From: a virus
Taxonomy: Duplodnaviria > Caudoviricetes
Length of the DNA stretch: 64,000 bases
IMG/VR virus record: IMGVR_UViG_3300010352_002815
Span: 1-64,000 of that record
Reading direction: 5' to 3' (one strand)
The position numbers were made by a program, and so were the translations under genes. Positions within the stretch are counted from its first letter, which is position 1; the number at the start of each line of letters is the position of its first letter. The notes below the pieces were generated by a model. It searched no databases and was not told where the DNA came from. It saw nothing but the letters and a program-made list of their open reading frames with translations. Of the stretch, positions 46,225 through 56,062 are shown one piece after another.

Positions 46225-47529
46225 TCAGGCTCCCACTAAGGTCATTCGCATTGCTGCACGTTTTGGAAACGTTCTTTTATTTAAAATGTCTATATCTAAC
46301 GACTTAGCAAATAACATGCTCAGGATGTCAAATTCAACAGAAGCTAACTTTTGAAACACTAAATTGGATTCAGTTCTATAAAATCGTCGTTTGGTTATTT
46401 TTGATATTTGGTCCATTGTCCAAGTTTCGGTTAAGTCATTTTTGCTAAAGTAACCATCAACCATATATTGACTTAATATATTTAATTTTGACATAATAAT
46501 ATCGGATGGTAGTGTCTTTAATATGTGGCCAAATAGTCCGATTAACATAGTATAACTCTTTGCAAAAGCATTTCGTAAGTTGGCACTTACTAAATAATCT
46601 TTATTGAAATATTTTTCTGTTAAAATATCCATATCATAGCCAATGGTGTATTTAAAAATATTAATTAGATCGAATTCGTATGTTGCATCATTATTTCTGC
46701 GTCGCAATCCGTAATACATATTAAATGGTAGCCATATCGGACCATTCATTATAATGTCAGTAGTATAATCGACAAGGGGTAACATTAAATCGTATGAAAC
46801 TCCAGCAGCTAACATTTGGGGAATTAAAATATCTAGTGTAGTCTTTTTGGCAATTGCTATTCGTGTGTAATCATCAGTATTAAAAGATATTCTAACGCAC
46901 GACGGATATTGGGTATCTACGTCGGATGCATCTTCTTCACCAATAACATTATCAATGATCGATTCACAATTGGCTTTAGTGCCTGAACTATTTAGAATTT
47001 TTGTTCGAGTCTTTAGACGGTCACGATATTGAGTATCGTCTTCTGAAACCAAACGTGGCAGGTCGTATATCTGACCCCATGCATTATCTAAGTCGTCGTC
47101 TTGTGCATATTCTAATTTAAGGGCATTTGCCATCGTATCCATTTGACGCCAAACTGCATCTAAAATTTCAGCATATGACCATACTAGAGCACTAATAACG
47201 GTCGTTGACGGTATCGTGGATTCGTAGGACGGTCGTAACACTAAGTCAAAATCTGCAACAGTTAACGTCTTTAGAATGCCAGTATTGATTTGGAACGTTT
47301 TGGATAAGTCTGATCGACCAATTCCTATAAGGCCTTCATACGTTTTTGGAACTAATTTCTTTAAAAGAACATCATGATTTCTATTAAGGGTATATCGGAT
47401 TGCACCGCCTTCAAGTGGTTCTGATCCAGTAAAGATCACCCACATATCCATGTCGTAGGTCTTTGATAGTACCGAAAATGAGTCTCCAATTCCTGGAAGT
47501 TCTCCTATGGGGGTTTCTCCGATTAGCAT
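46225..47529 (-). CDS. baseplate wedge (gpI-like) domain plus 14-aa repeats
   Basis: AQDDDLDNAWGQIYDLPRLVSEDDTQYRDRLK...GTKANCESII...AAGV. Confidence 0.7.
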   Translation of the reverse strand: MLIGETPIGELPGIGDSFSVLSKTYDMDMWVIFTGSEPLEGGAIRYTLNRNHDVLLKKLVPKTYEGLIGIGRSDLSKTFQINTGILKTLTVADFDLVLRPSYESTIPSTTVISALVWSYAEILDAVWRQMDTMANALKLEYAQDDDLDNAWGQIYDLPRLVSEDDTQYRDRLKTRTKILNSSGTKANCESIIDNVIGEEDASDVDTQYPSCVRISFNTDDYTRIAIAKKTTLDILIPQMLAAGVSYDLMLPLVDYTTDIIMNGPIWLPFNMYYGLRRRNNDATYEFDLINIFKYTIGYDMDILTEKYFNKDYLVSANLRNAFAKSYTMLIGLFGHILKTLPSDIIMSKLNILSQYMVDGYFSKNDLTETWTMDQISKITKRRFYRTESNLVFQKLASVEFDILSMLFAKSLDIDILNKRTFPKRAAMRMTLVGA

Positions 47530-47555
47530 TATTCACGTCCTGTATTAAAAAATTT

Positions 47556-48161
47556 TTATAAAGATTCGACGTCTATTTTATCTTTTCTAATAATTATCTT
47601 GAATTTGCCTACGAATTCTATAACATAATCTGTATTTTCTATAATGTCTTGAATCCTTTCAAGATAAACGGTCCTATTTAAGCCATACGGAATTTCGCAG
47701 TATGGACAGTTGGTTTCACCGCGATTATTACGTTTGACGAGATTATTGTCTATGTTGCTTCGACCGCATCTTTTGCAAGTCCATTCATCTTTCTGGCCGC
47801 ACTTAGGACATTCTGCCCATTTCGAGCTATCAATGTGCTTCCATTGGGCTCCACACGTCTTACAATAAAAGTGATTAGTTAATTGGATTTCGTTGTCCCA
47901 ATAGGCTTTAACGTTATCGGACGGTAGGACATTAAAATTCCAAGTCGGTAATGGTACCGCACAACCTGGAATTCCTTTGGATTGCATGGCTGCGGCAACT
48001 TCTTCGCTAAAAGGTGCTATAACCAATTTATGTATCTTAATGTTTTCGGTATGTGTCCAAAATTGTTGTGTGCCATCAGACGTAAATTGCGGTATAAAGT
48101 GTTCGCATCCGTCCTCATCTTTATAGATCTTGATCCACTGATATTCAATGATCGCGGACAT
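47556..48161 (-). CDS. double Zn-ribbon protein
   Basis: CKTC, CPKC, CKRC, CPYC. Confidence 0.6.
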   Translation of the reverse strand: MSAIIEYQWIKIYKDEDGCEHFIPQFTSDGTQQFWTHTENIKIHKLVIAPFSEEVAAAMQSKGIPGCAVPLPTWNFNVLPSDNVKAYWDNEIQLTNHFYCKTCGAQWKHIDSSKWAECPKCGQKDEWTCKRCGRSNIDNNLVKRNNRGETNCPYCEIPYGLNRTVYLERIQDIIENTDYVIEFVGKFKIIIRKDKIDVESL

Positions 48162-48729
48162 TATCTACTGAACCTTCCCGAAATTCTTGTAGCCAATTAA
48201 GTGCTTTGCATATGTCTGCCATTGGATATTTCAAATCTTTGATGGCCTTACTAACTGCATAATCATAGAAGTACTGGTTTTCAGGTATCATCCTGGATAT
48301 CTTTTCTTCTGAAATTTGCCAAGGTTCGTTTGAATTGGTAAAATAGTAACGGACTGTTGAACTTAGGTCTAGTTCAGGTATAATAAATTCTTGACGACAG
48401 AATACACAATCTTTATAGATTCGAAGTATCTTCGGACAATCTACGGTATTAAAAGCCCTGACATATACGTCAAAGTGAATTTGATCTTTATAAAGTTCTT
48501 CTAATAAGTCTCGACGTATTTTGTCATTAATATATAGGGTTACTATTTCTAGGAGGCCGCAAAATTCGTCTTCGATTTGGTCTACTAAAAACTTTCGAAC
48601 TGGTAGTAAGTAGCCTACTTCGGCTTCTGGAACTGCCACGATATCTTTATTATTGTTAGTTAGAAATTCTGGCACTATCTGGATTTTAATATCAGACGGC
48701 GACAATGTTACTATTTTGTTTTGTGTCAT
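48145..48729 (-). CDS. diverged tail-tube paralog
   Basis: Colinear motif matches to 40268-40771 (see findings). Confidence 0.5.
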   Translation of the reverse strand: MTQNKIVTLSPSDIKIQIVPEFLTNNNKDIVAVPEAEVGYLLPVRKFLVDQIEDEFCGLLEIVTLYINDKIRRDLLEELYKDQIHFDVYVRAFNTVDCPKILRIYKDCVFCRQEFIIPELDLSSTVRYYFTNSNEPWQISEEKISRMIPENQYFYDYAVSKAIKDLKYPMADICKALNWLQEFREGSVDNVRDH

Positions 48730-49687
48730 ATTTTCTTTTATTCTCCTTGATTGTATTATATTCTTCTTTAGTATAATAAGATCTTCCGTTATATATTTCT
48801 AATATTATTCGGTGGATCATAGCTTCCCAATTTTCTCTATCAAAGTTGGTCTTGCTATGACATCTATGACATAATGCTGCAAATTGAACTGGCTTACCAT
48901 CACAACAAGCTTGCTTATTATATTCTACGTGATGTACGGATAACGCTTTTCCGTTTTCTGATTCTGATTTACCACATGTAACGCATTGAAAGTTAAAGTA
49001 TGCTCGGACACGTTCTTTTAAGTCGTGGTTAAACTTTGGACAATATGGCTCAAAAGAAATACCACCTTTCCAATTATAATTTTTATTACCTAATTTACAA
49101 ATACTTAACTTTTCTTTCACATCAGGATTTTCTTCGTAAAATTCTTTTAGTGATTTACTCTGTCGAGCAATTTGATCTTCGGAAAGTTTAACGCCAAATC
49201 TTGGATTTCCGGAGCCTGACATTCTTTCCGAAAGTTTTTGGCGTGTTTCAATTGTTGTAATATGACCAGAATTAGTTTCGGATAGTTTTTGACGGGTTTC
49301 TTTGGAATGATGTTTACCAAATAATGGATGTCGATCTCCGGAAATTGTTTCTGATTGAGACCTTATTGGTATTCCAAACTTATGCAGGAAATTTGATACC
49401 GTTTCTTGTTGGCATCCTAATTCTTTTCCTATTGTTGAAGCTGATTTAAATTGATTAATATATTGATCGTATAACCAATTATAATTATTTAATTTATTAA
49501 ATACGTCAGGTGATAAGATACGTTCAGCACCGCACTTTAAATGAATATTATGCTTTTTAAGCCAATGCTGAATTGTGGATGCTCCACACCCGATTTCTTG
49601 TGCAATTTGATATGTTGATTTATTATTGGTTACGTATTGTTCATATAGCCATTCTTTGTCTTGACATTTTGTATTCTTTTCTGTCAT
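48692..49687 (-). mobile_element. free-standing HNH homing endonuclease (2 HTH repeats + NUMOD3 + HNH)
   Basis: WLYEQY/WLYDQY repeats, GKHHSKETRQKLSE, NWKGG, CVTC...LSVHH...LCHRCHSKTN; own promoter at 49711-49730. Confidence 0.85.
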
Positions 49688-49710
49688 ACGAACTAATAGT
49701 AAAATTAACT

Positions 49711-49730
49711 AGTATATAAAGCTTTTGGTT
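49711..49730 (-). promoter_or_regulatory. BRE/TATA-type viral promoter
   Basis: Minus strand AACCAAAAGCTTTATATACT; leaderless ATG at 49687. Confidence 0.7.
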
Positions 49731-49839
49731 GAATATATTTCTTACTAAATCTTAATAAAATCAACTTTAAGTTAAATATACTAATTACAATTTTACTATT
49801 ATGCAGTATGTTATAATTTAAAACAAACGTTTAGTTAAT

Positions 49840-50424
49840 TTATATCTCATCATATCTGAACGTGAGAGTTTCTGCCGCCTTATCTCCTTGCGTTGCGTCA
49901 GTAGCTATCTTAACTTGGGTTACGACCAAATTACTGACATCCGCGGACGTATAAGCCGTGCTGTCAATAAGTAGTGTCGAACCACTTACATAAGTATCTG
50001 CATCCACCGGCACCGCATGATTACTGGTTCCGGACTTATAATAAGTATGACCATTCGTTACGTTGTCGATATCGTAACCGGTCGTGCCGGTAGTTCCTGC
50101 GGCTTGATCATAAGATGCAACTGGACAGCCATTATCGCCGGTAGACTTTACACCGACAAATAATCCGCCATTTGTACCTAAGGCCCAGTTTGTTCGAACT
50201 GATCCGGACGTATACCAACGAATATTACTGATCTGGGTAAAGTCTCCAGAAAAGGCAATATTATGGCTCTTCCAGAAGGAATAATTGAAGTCTGCTGTCG
50301 GTACGACGCAAGGATTACTGAGTCCTGGATTGTATGAATCCATTGTGCAGTATCGGCCTTGCGTAATTACTGTAGCGGTTGGACCGCTACCATTATACTC
50401 GTTCACATTTACTGTGGCAACCAT
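49840..50424 (-). CDS. virion structural protein (fibre/appendage subunit-like)
   Basis: Thr/Gly/Ser-rich beta protein ending ETLTFRYDEI; GAGG SD; late region. Confidence 0.55.
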   Translation of the reverse strand: MVATVNVNEYNGSGPTATVITQGRYCTMDSYNPGLSNPCVVPTADFNYSFWKSHNIAFSGDFTQISNIRWYTSGSVRTNWALGTNGGLFVGVKSTGDNGCPVASYDQAAGTTGTTGYDIDNVTNGHTYYKSGTSNHAVPVDADTYVSGSTLLIDSTAYTSADVSNLVVTQVKIATDATQGDKAAETLTFRYDEI

Positions 50425-50462
50425 TTCTGTAAACCTCTTAATATATTAATAATTTTATATAA

Positions 50463-51164
50463 TTAAATAACTTCACTTATTTTAGAACCTATTGAATTTA
50501 TTTTAATAGGTATATTATTTTCTAAATCTTTCTCTAACATTTTTATATGATCATTAAAAATCAGTTTTAAATTTTTATCCGGATAATATGATTCAAAAGT
50601 TGTTATTTTTTCTATGCTAGAATCATTTAAATAACCCTTAACTTCCCAAAATATCGTATCATTTATTAGAAAATCTGGTATGTAAAATTTATTACCCATT
50701 TCAAAATAATAAGGTTCGTATTCCCATTCCACATTTAATGTATCCAATATATGAGCTATTCTTACTTCATAGGACGAACGTAACCATATCATTTCGCCAT
50801 TTAATCGTTGATACCATTCTCCTCTACCAACCGGATGATCGCAAACTCCTTGCGCTATATGCAAATTATGTTCTTTGGTATGAGGTCCTGTTGCCAATCC
50901 TTTATTCCAAGCAACTGTACCTTTTTTAGAATATGATATTTGTTGTTTGGCTTCTTCGGTATGATGATATCCTTTGAAAGTACTTGGTTTCCCTTTATGA
51001 GCAATAGAAAGTTTTTTCTTTTGTTCATCAGACATTGGTTTACCAAAGTTTGGATGAAGTTCTCCTTTTCGTCCGGTCATTGGATTATGAAATTTCCGGA
51101 TTTCTTTCATTTTAAGGGATATTTTGAGTTTAGCTTCTTCTGTTTGTTTTGAACCTTTCTTTAT
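50463..51164 (-). mobile_element. NUMOD3 + PD-(D/E)xK homing-endonuclease-like protein (proposed ATA start)
   Basis: Three to four NUMOD3-like motifs; LRSSYE...WEYEP...YIPDF...EVKG; GGAGG 8 nt before ATA 51164. Confidence 0.8.
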
Positions 51165-51182
51165 GAAAGATTCCTCCTACTT

Positions 51183-51578
51183 TCATTTACTTAATTTATC
51201 TTTGGATATATCTGCCAGTCTATCTACTATTTCTGGCATTAATTCATTATCAAATATTTCATCATAAGTTGATCGTATAAACGACCTGCATGGAATTCCG
51301 GCTTCTTCTCGACCATATTCATGCGAAACAGCGTATTCTGCTACGTCTTCTTCGAAAATGCCGGCCCAAATTTGAAGTAATTCTGGAATACTATCATCAA
51401 TGGTATGACTAACACTTGCTAACATTTGGCCGCTGTCAATTAAAGTATGAGATGAACCTTTTCGTTTGATAGTGGCTTCTTTGAGAGGCGGAGGAACATT
51501 ACTTAGGATCTTTAACCTTATGGCATTCTCGATCTTCATGCCAATGTCGTTGGAAAGTTCTAATAATGTTTCAGGCAT
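51183..51578 (-). CDS. neck/tail-completion (virion morphogenesis, gpS/HK97 gp10-like) protein
   Basis: PPLKEATIKRKGSSHTLIDSGQMLASV...YAVSHEYG...IPCRSFIR. Confidence 0.85.
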   Translation of the reverse strand: MPETLLELSNDIGMKIENAIRLKILSNVPPPLKEATIKRKGSSHTLIDSGQMLASVSHTIDDSIPELLQIWAGIFEEDVAEYAVSHEYGREEAGIPCRSFIRSTYDEIFDNELMPEIVDRLADISKDKLSK

Positions 51579-51583
51579 TTATG

Positions 51584-52609
51584 TTACCACGCATTTAGTC
51601 CGATGATTTGTGGTCCGACACTAACATCTGCATATAAAGTATTTAATAATCTAGCAGCAATAATATATTTACTAGCAGGTATATGGGTTGCTGATCCTAA
51701 TGTTCCGGAAATTGCATGCGAATGAATGACAAGATTACATATAGCATCCTCTCCTGCAACTCCTCTTCCATATCCGGTATTATTATAAGAACTAGTATTT
51801 CCTGAAAATGTTTGAGTATGAGTATCTGATCCAGACAACGTAGGATCTGAATTTCCTGGTTTTAAGTTGCCTCCTGACCAAGTAGTCAAAACTTCCCAAT
51901 TTGCGCTAGGAGTACCATTTACAAAAGCAACTGTTCCTGAAACTGCTTTACTTGTTTGACATAATGTATAATATAATCGTGTTACTAAATTTGCTGGTTC
52001 AACGTATTTGGTTTGGGACGCAACGCTAATAGTATGTGTATGAGTAGCGGGAACTGCATATAAAATACTATTAGAATCACTTTTCCATCCATCAGTTCCA
52101 GACGAACCAGTAGTTCCTGATATCGTATGACCTTGCGCTGTATCGGTACCAAAAGAAGTACCGGGCTCTCCATGCACAATATATTTTCCGTCTGCACTAG
52201 TAAATCTTGATAATTCTGCATCTACTAATGAACCATTGGACATCAATACTGAACCTTCCGGAAAATATTTAATATTAGTTTCCCAATATGTTATTTCAGT
52301 ATATATGATATCAAGACCATATCCTAAAGGATTATTATTATTTGTTGATATTGTCCAAGATGATGGTTCTGCATGATTATGTATACCCATTCTCCAAGTA
52401 CCAAACATATCCGTTGTTATATATCCTTGACTTCCGTTATCACAAGAAAAACCACTCACTGATGTATGTGTATGTGTAGTAGAACCTACATCTGTCCAAT
52501 GATTAGAAGTATTATTATTAAAACGTATATATTTATTAGTGCGGGTTAATCTCGTCCACGGACTAGGAGGATCTTCTACTTTCTTCCAGAAAATGTATAA
52601 ATTTGTCAT
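51584..52609 (-). CDS. tail-fibre-like protein with HxH metal-binding repeats
   Basis: THTHT, IHNHA, THTHT, DTHTQ, IHSHA; collar-like PSPWTRL and PSANWEVL. Confidence 0.65.
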   Translation of the reverse strand: MTNLYIFWKKVEDPPSPWTRLTRTNKYIRFNNNTSNHWTDVGSTTHTHTSVSGFSCDNGSQGYITTDMFGTWRMGIHNHAEPSSWTISTNNNNPLGYGLDIIYTEITYWETNIKYFPEGSVLMSNGSLVDAELSRFTSADGKYIVHGEPGTSFGTDTAQGHTISGTTGSSGTDGWKSDSNSILYAVPATHTHTISVASQTKYVEPANLVTRLYYTLCQTSKAVSGTVAFVNGTPSANWEVLTTWSGGNLKPGNSDPTLSGSDTHTQTFSGNTSSYNNTGYGRGVAGEDAICNLVIHSHAISGTLGSATHIPASKYIIAARLLNTLYADVSVGPQIIGLNAW

Positions 52610-53623
52610 TTAAGTAGCCTCTAATGTTAGGCTACAAACAATCTGGGTTGCTGCTGTAATGGAAGACAATTCAATCCGGAGTATGTTACCTAAAGCAACG
52701 GTTATATTTAGTCCTGTCTCTTCGTAATATGTAGCACTTGAAATTGTAAATGTGTCAGCAGCACTACCTTTTGCTGCTCCTATTGCATGATTATATAATG
52801 TGCAGGTTACCGAACTACTTGTTAAACCAACTTCCCAAACACGGGCTGCAACAACTTTAGCTGCAATTGGAATACGATATTCTTGAGTACCACCTGTTAT
52901 GACAGATGTACCGTTTCCAAATGGAAAAGCAACGTCAAAAGTTCGTGTCGACCAACCTGGGTTACTAGCACCTTGAATAATAGTTTGGCCTTGAGTACCG
53001 TTGGCAATATTAGCTACGGCAACTTTAGCCGATCCATCTAACTGAAGTAAGCAATTTGCTGTAGTTCCTACTGAATAACCATCGGACAAGGTCTTGGCCG
53101 TAGCAGACCAATATGGCACCTTACCTGATGTGGTAGTAGTTGGCGATTCTACAACATACGGACCATACGTGGCAATATCATTGATACTAGCATTTAGAAT
53201 GGTAGTTGCTCCAGCTGCTACGTAAACCAGCGCAATTATGACACCAGACGGTATTGACGTTCCCGGGGCCGGAGTAGCCATTTCTTTAAAGTCTGTCTTC
53301 GAACTCGGAGAAATAGCAGTTGGTGTTCCGGCATAAATTCCAAGAGCACCAGTAGCATCAATATAAATGACATCAAGCCTAGGAAGCGTTGCGTCTGCGG
53401 TTGCTACGGTTACAGTACCACCTGATACGGTTTTACGACCTAGACCAAATCCAGCTTGTACGTAACCAGCGTCAACTACCACTGACATTCCGGGCGTACC
53501 AGCTTGGTTACAATCACAACCAGAAAGGACATAAAAACCTAAGCCTGCCCGACTTTGCGATAAAACATGCGCTGACGTAAATTGCTGGCCTTTAGCAGTT
53601 TGAACGGATCCAACATTTGCCAT
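52610..53623 (-). CDS. virion/fibre structural protein
   Basis: PGMSVVVDAG...ADATLPRLDVIYI pattern common in phage tail proteins. Confidence 0.6.
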   Translation of the reverse strand: MANVGSVQTAKGQQFTSAHVLSQSRAGLGFYVLSGCDCNQAGTPGMSVVVDAGYVQAGFGLGRKTVSGGTVTVATADATLPRLDVIYIDATGALGIYAGTPTAISPSSKTDFKEMATPAPGTSIPSGVIIALVYVAAGATTILNASINDIATYGPYVVESPTTTTSGKVPYWSATAKTLSDGYSVGTTANCLLQLDGSAKVAVANIANGTQGQTIIQGASNPGWSTRTFDVAFPFGNGTSVITGGTQEYRIPIAAKVVAARVWEVGLTSSSVTCTLYNHAIGAAKGSAADTFTISSATYYEETGLNITVALGNILRIELSSITAATQIVCSLTLEAT

Positions 53624-53660
53624 TTTTACTTACTTCTCCTTGAATGGGTTATAAAAATTT

Positions 53661-54239
53661 TTAAAGAGTATTTACATCAAAAGTTGCAATAGCGCCCTTA
53701 AGTACGCACGTGAGGTCAGCACTTCCGGCATCCTCAACCATCAAACGAGCATACAATTGTTCGCCATCGTCAATGAAGTCCTGTTCACCGGTTGGAATGG
53801 TTACAGTAAATGTATGGGTTGCAGCAGTCAAACGTTTGGCCTTCGCATCGTATGATGTTCCATAGTCTGCTCCTGCATCGCCTGCCAATACTGATCCGAC
53901 AGGAGTACTGGCATCAGCAGGTGTAGTAACCTGGATAATATTAATTTCGATATCGTCGTTAGAAGTTGAAATTGAGCCGCCTAACGTTAAAACCATCGTA
54001 ACCGACTTTAGTTTCGCACCTTTGTCAGCGGTTGTTCTGAATGGCATTATAATAGGAATAGTATAATAGTCTTTTTGGGTTGCAGCAGTCCTAGTAACAA
54101 AATAAACGTTTGAACTTTCAGTGACTGTCCATGTACCCGCGGAGTATACCGCTGGAGCCAATTGAAGCTGTACCTGATAGTCAGTTTTGGCTTCAGAAGC
54201 AGTGATAACTCCACCATCGATTTCAAATGTACCTGTCAA
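53661..54239 (-). CDS. virion structural protein (jelly-roll-like)
   Basis: First gene after element copy 2; Thr/Ala-rich beta protein. Confidence 0.5.
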   Translation of the reverse strand: MTGTFEIDGGVITASEAKTDYQVQLQLAPAVYSAGTWTVTESSNVYFVTRTAATQKDYYTIPIIMPFRTTADKGAKLKSVTMVLTLGGSISTSNDDIEINIIQVTTPADASTPVGSVLAGDAGADYGTSYDAKAKRLTAATHTFTVTIPTGEQDFIDDGEQLYARLMVEDAGSADLTCVLKGAIATFDVNTL

Positions 54240-54256
54240 AATAATTACCTCGAAAT

Positions 54257-54299
54257 ATTATAATCAAATAATAGAAACTATTTAATATTTTACGACTAA
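54257..54299 (-). promoter_or_regulatory. conserved late-promoter element, copy 2
   Basis: ATTATAATCAAATAATAGAAACTATTTAATATTTTACGACTAA (1 mismatch to copy 1), abutting plus-strand AACCAAAAAATACTTATAGT. Confidence 0.75.
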
Positions 54300-54348
54300 C
54301 CAAAAAATACTTATAGTCACCTCTTAAAAATCAAATAAAAAAAATAGT

Positions 54349-54675
54349 TTACTGGGTATCCGGAGATACACCAGAATCCTTGTAGCCGTTAATGGCAATT
54401 TGGTCGCCATCGACTTGCATGCCGGCAGCCAACTCAGTCACGGATACCATGGCACCGGTGGCAGTTTGAACAGCTTGACAGGCAGCCTTTAAGTTCTTGA
54501 CTACGTGTTCGCCGTCTTCAATTGCCCAACCAGATGCTAGACCGCTGGACTGGCTTTCAATCATATAGGATTGTGTTCGTATAATCTGTTCATTGAACGC
54601 CTTAATAGTAGCATTCATCATGTCGACTAATACTTTAATGGTAGTATTGTTAACGTCTGCTAAAGTCTTTCCCAT
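54349..54675 (-). CDS. hypothetical protein
   Basis: Start moved to ATG 54675 behind GGAG. Confidence 0.55.
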   Translation of the reverse strand: MGKTLADVNNTTIKVLVDMMNATIKAFNEQIIRTQSYMIESQSSGLASGWAIEDGEHVVKNLKAACQAVQTATGAMVSVTELAAGMQVDGDQIAINGYKDSGVSPDTQ

Positions 54676-54706
54676 TTTATTTGTTCTCCATATATTTTTA
54701 TTTTGT

Positions 54707-55690
54707 TTAACCATATAATTTGAATATTCCTGTTTTATCGCCATTCCCTAAATCCCGGTCAATGCCATGATAATAACCATTCATGACCTGACCGGCCCGG
54801 TTGCTGGCGTATAGGTCGCATAATCCTAAGCTGTGCCCCAGTTCGTGCAGGGCAATTGACTGGAAGTCATATCCATTGCTCCCATCCATCGAGAAGGTAT
54901 ATTTGCTGTTGTAGGTGACATCCGTCTCCAGTATCTTATAGTATCCGTCCTCTTTTGCGCTGCTAAACCAGGTTCGAGCGAAGGCAATGCATGACGATGT
55001 GCTCGGCGCGAAGGCATGAACTCGCATATTATCCCTCGTGTCAGACTTCGCCGTTGCACTCAACGCCACCGTATTGCTGTCCGCAAACAGTTCTTTGTTC
55101 GTAGCCGAATCCCATATTTCGGCATCCCGCCGGATTGCCTCGGCTACATTCGCTGCATTTAGGCCTTCTGCCCGGAGCAGGGCATCATCCTTAACAACGA
55201 TTTGCATAGGGACGGCATCCTTGCTCAGCTTGTAGATTTTCAGAGCATAGGCGGAAGAAGACCCATCATTTGTAATGTATTCCGGACCTGCGAGTAATGC
55301 ACTAAATTTTCCTTTTTCGGTTATAGCGTCTACTGACATCATAGTATCAGTCGATACTTCATCCATGATTTCCATATCAGATGCTACAACTGAACCAGTT
55401 ATTCCGTTTTCTGAAGAAATTAATTCTCCATTAATATTATTATTTTCTGATTCTAATATAAATATTCCATTTTGGGTATTTTGAAGTATAGTATTATTTC
55501 CAGAACCGGAAAATTTTGTATTACCATTTATAGTACCTTCGGATAATTCTAAATTTTGAGAATACTCTAAAGAATTATCCAAAATTAAGTCATTAAATTG
55601 AGAATATCCTTCAGATGAAATACTAATAGAAATACAATTAATGGGTGATATTAAGAAAACCATCAATATATAATAATAAAATTTAATCAT
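54707..55690 (-). CDS. secreted matrixin (M10/metzincin) metalloprotease
   Basis: Signal-peptide-like N-terminus; ETDVTYN, ALHELGHSLGLCD, Met-turn QVMNG, LGNGDKTGIFKLYG. Confidence 0.85.
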   Translation of the reverse strand: MIKFYYYILMVFLISPINCISISISSEGYSQFNDLILDNSLEYSQNLELSEGTINGNTKFSGSGNNTILQNTQNGIFILESENNNINGELISSENGITGSVVASDMEIMDEVSTDTMMSVDAITEKGKFSALLAGPEYITNDGSSSAYALKIYKLSKDAVPMQIVVKDDALLRAEGLNAANVAEAIRRDAEIWDSATNKELFADSNTVALSATAKSDTRDNMRVHAFAPSTSSCIAFARTWFSSAKEDGYYKILETDVTYNSKYTFSMDGSNGYDFQSIALHELGHSLGLCDLYASNRAGQVMNGYYHGIDRDLGNGDKTGIFKLYG

Positions 55691-56043
55691 TATAAGTCAC
55701 TGCTTTTTAATGGATATAGTAAGAAGTGGCCAGATCCTGATATTTCGCCGGTCCCGGAAACCTTACCGTCATTATATAAAAATACTGCATCACCATCAAC
55801 GGTCATTGTACCGCTATTAACCATATCAGCATTTGGTCCAATATATCCCATAACGGTTTCGCCTGATTTGACAGTCCACGTTCGCCCTGATCCCAAGTTC
55901 ATGTAAGAAACGGTAACCATTTCGGCGCTGCGTCCCGACGTAAGTTGAACAATGTCTGACGGATCGTAACCCAAGTCCAAGTAACTCTGATATTCTGATA
56001 GGGTTAGTGATCCAGCTCTAAAAGCATCAATTAATCTGACCAT
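55690..56043 (-). CDS. hypothetical protein
   Basis: Start ATG 56043 behind GGAG, after element copy 3. Confidence 0.55.
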   Translation of the reverse strand: MVRLIDAFRAGSLTLSEYQSYLDLGYDPSDIVQLTSGRSAEMVTVSYMNLGSGRTWTVKSGETVMGYIGPNADMVNSGTMTVDGDAVFLYNDGKVSGTGEISGSGHFLLYPLKSSDL

Positions 56044-56062
56044 ATTGTAACTCCAAGAAATT

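Noticed and set aside
48692-51164. Group I introns housing the endonucleases
   Set aside because: Flanking genes look complete with their own starts and stops, and the spacers are short AT-rich DNA without an intron core.
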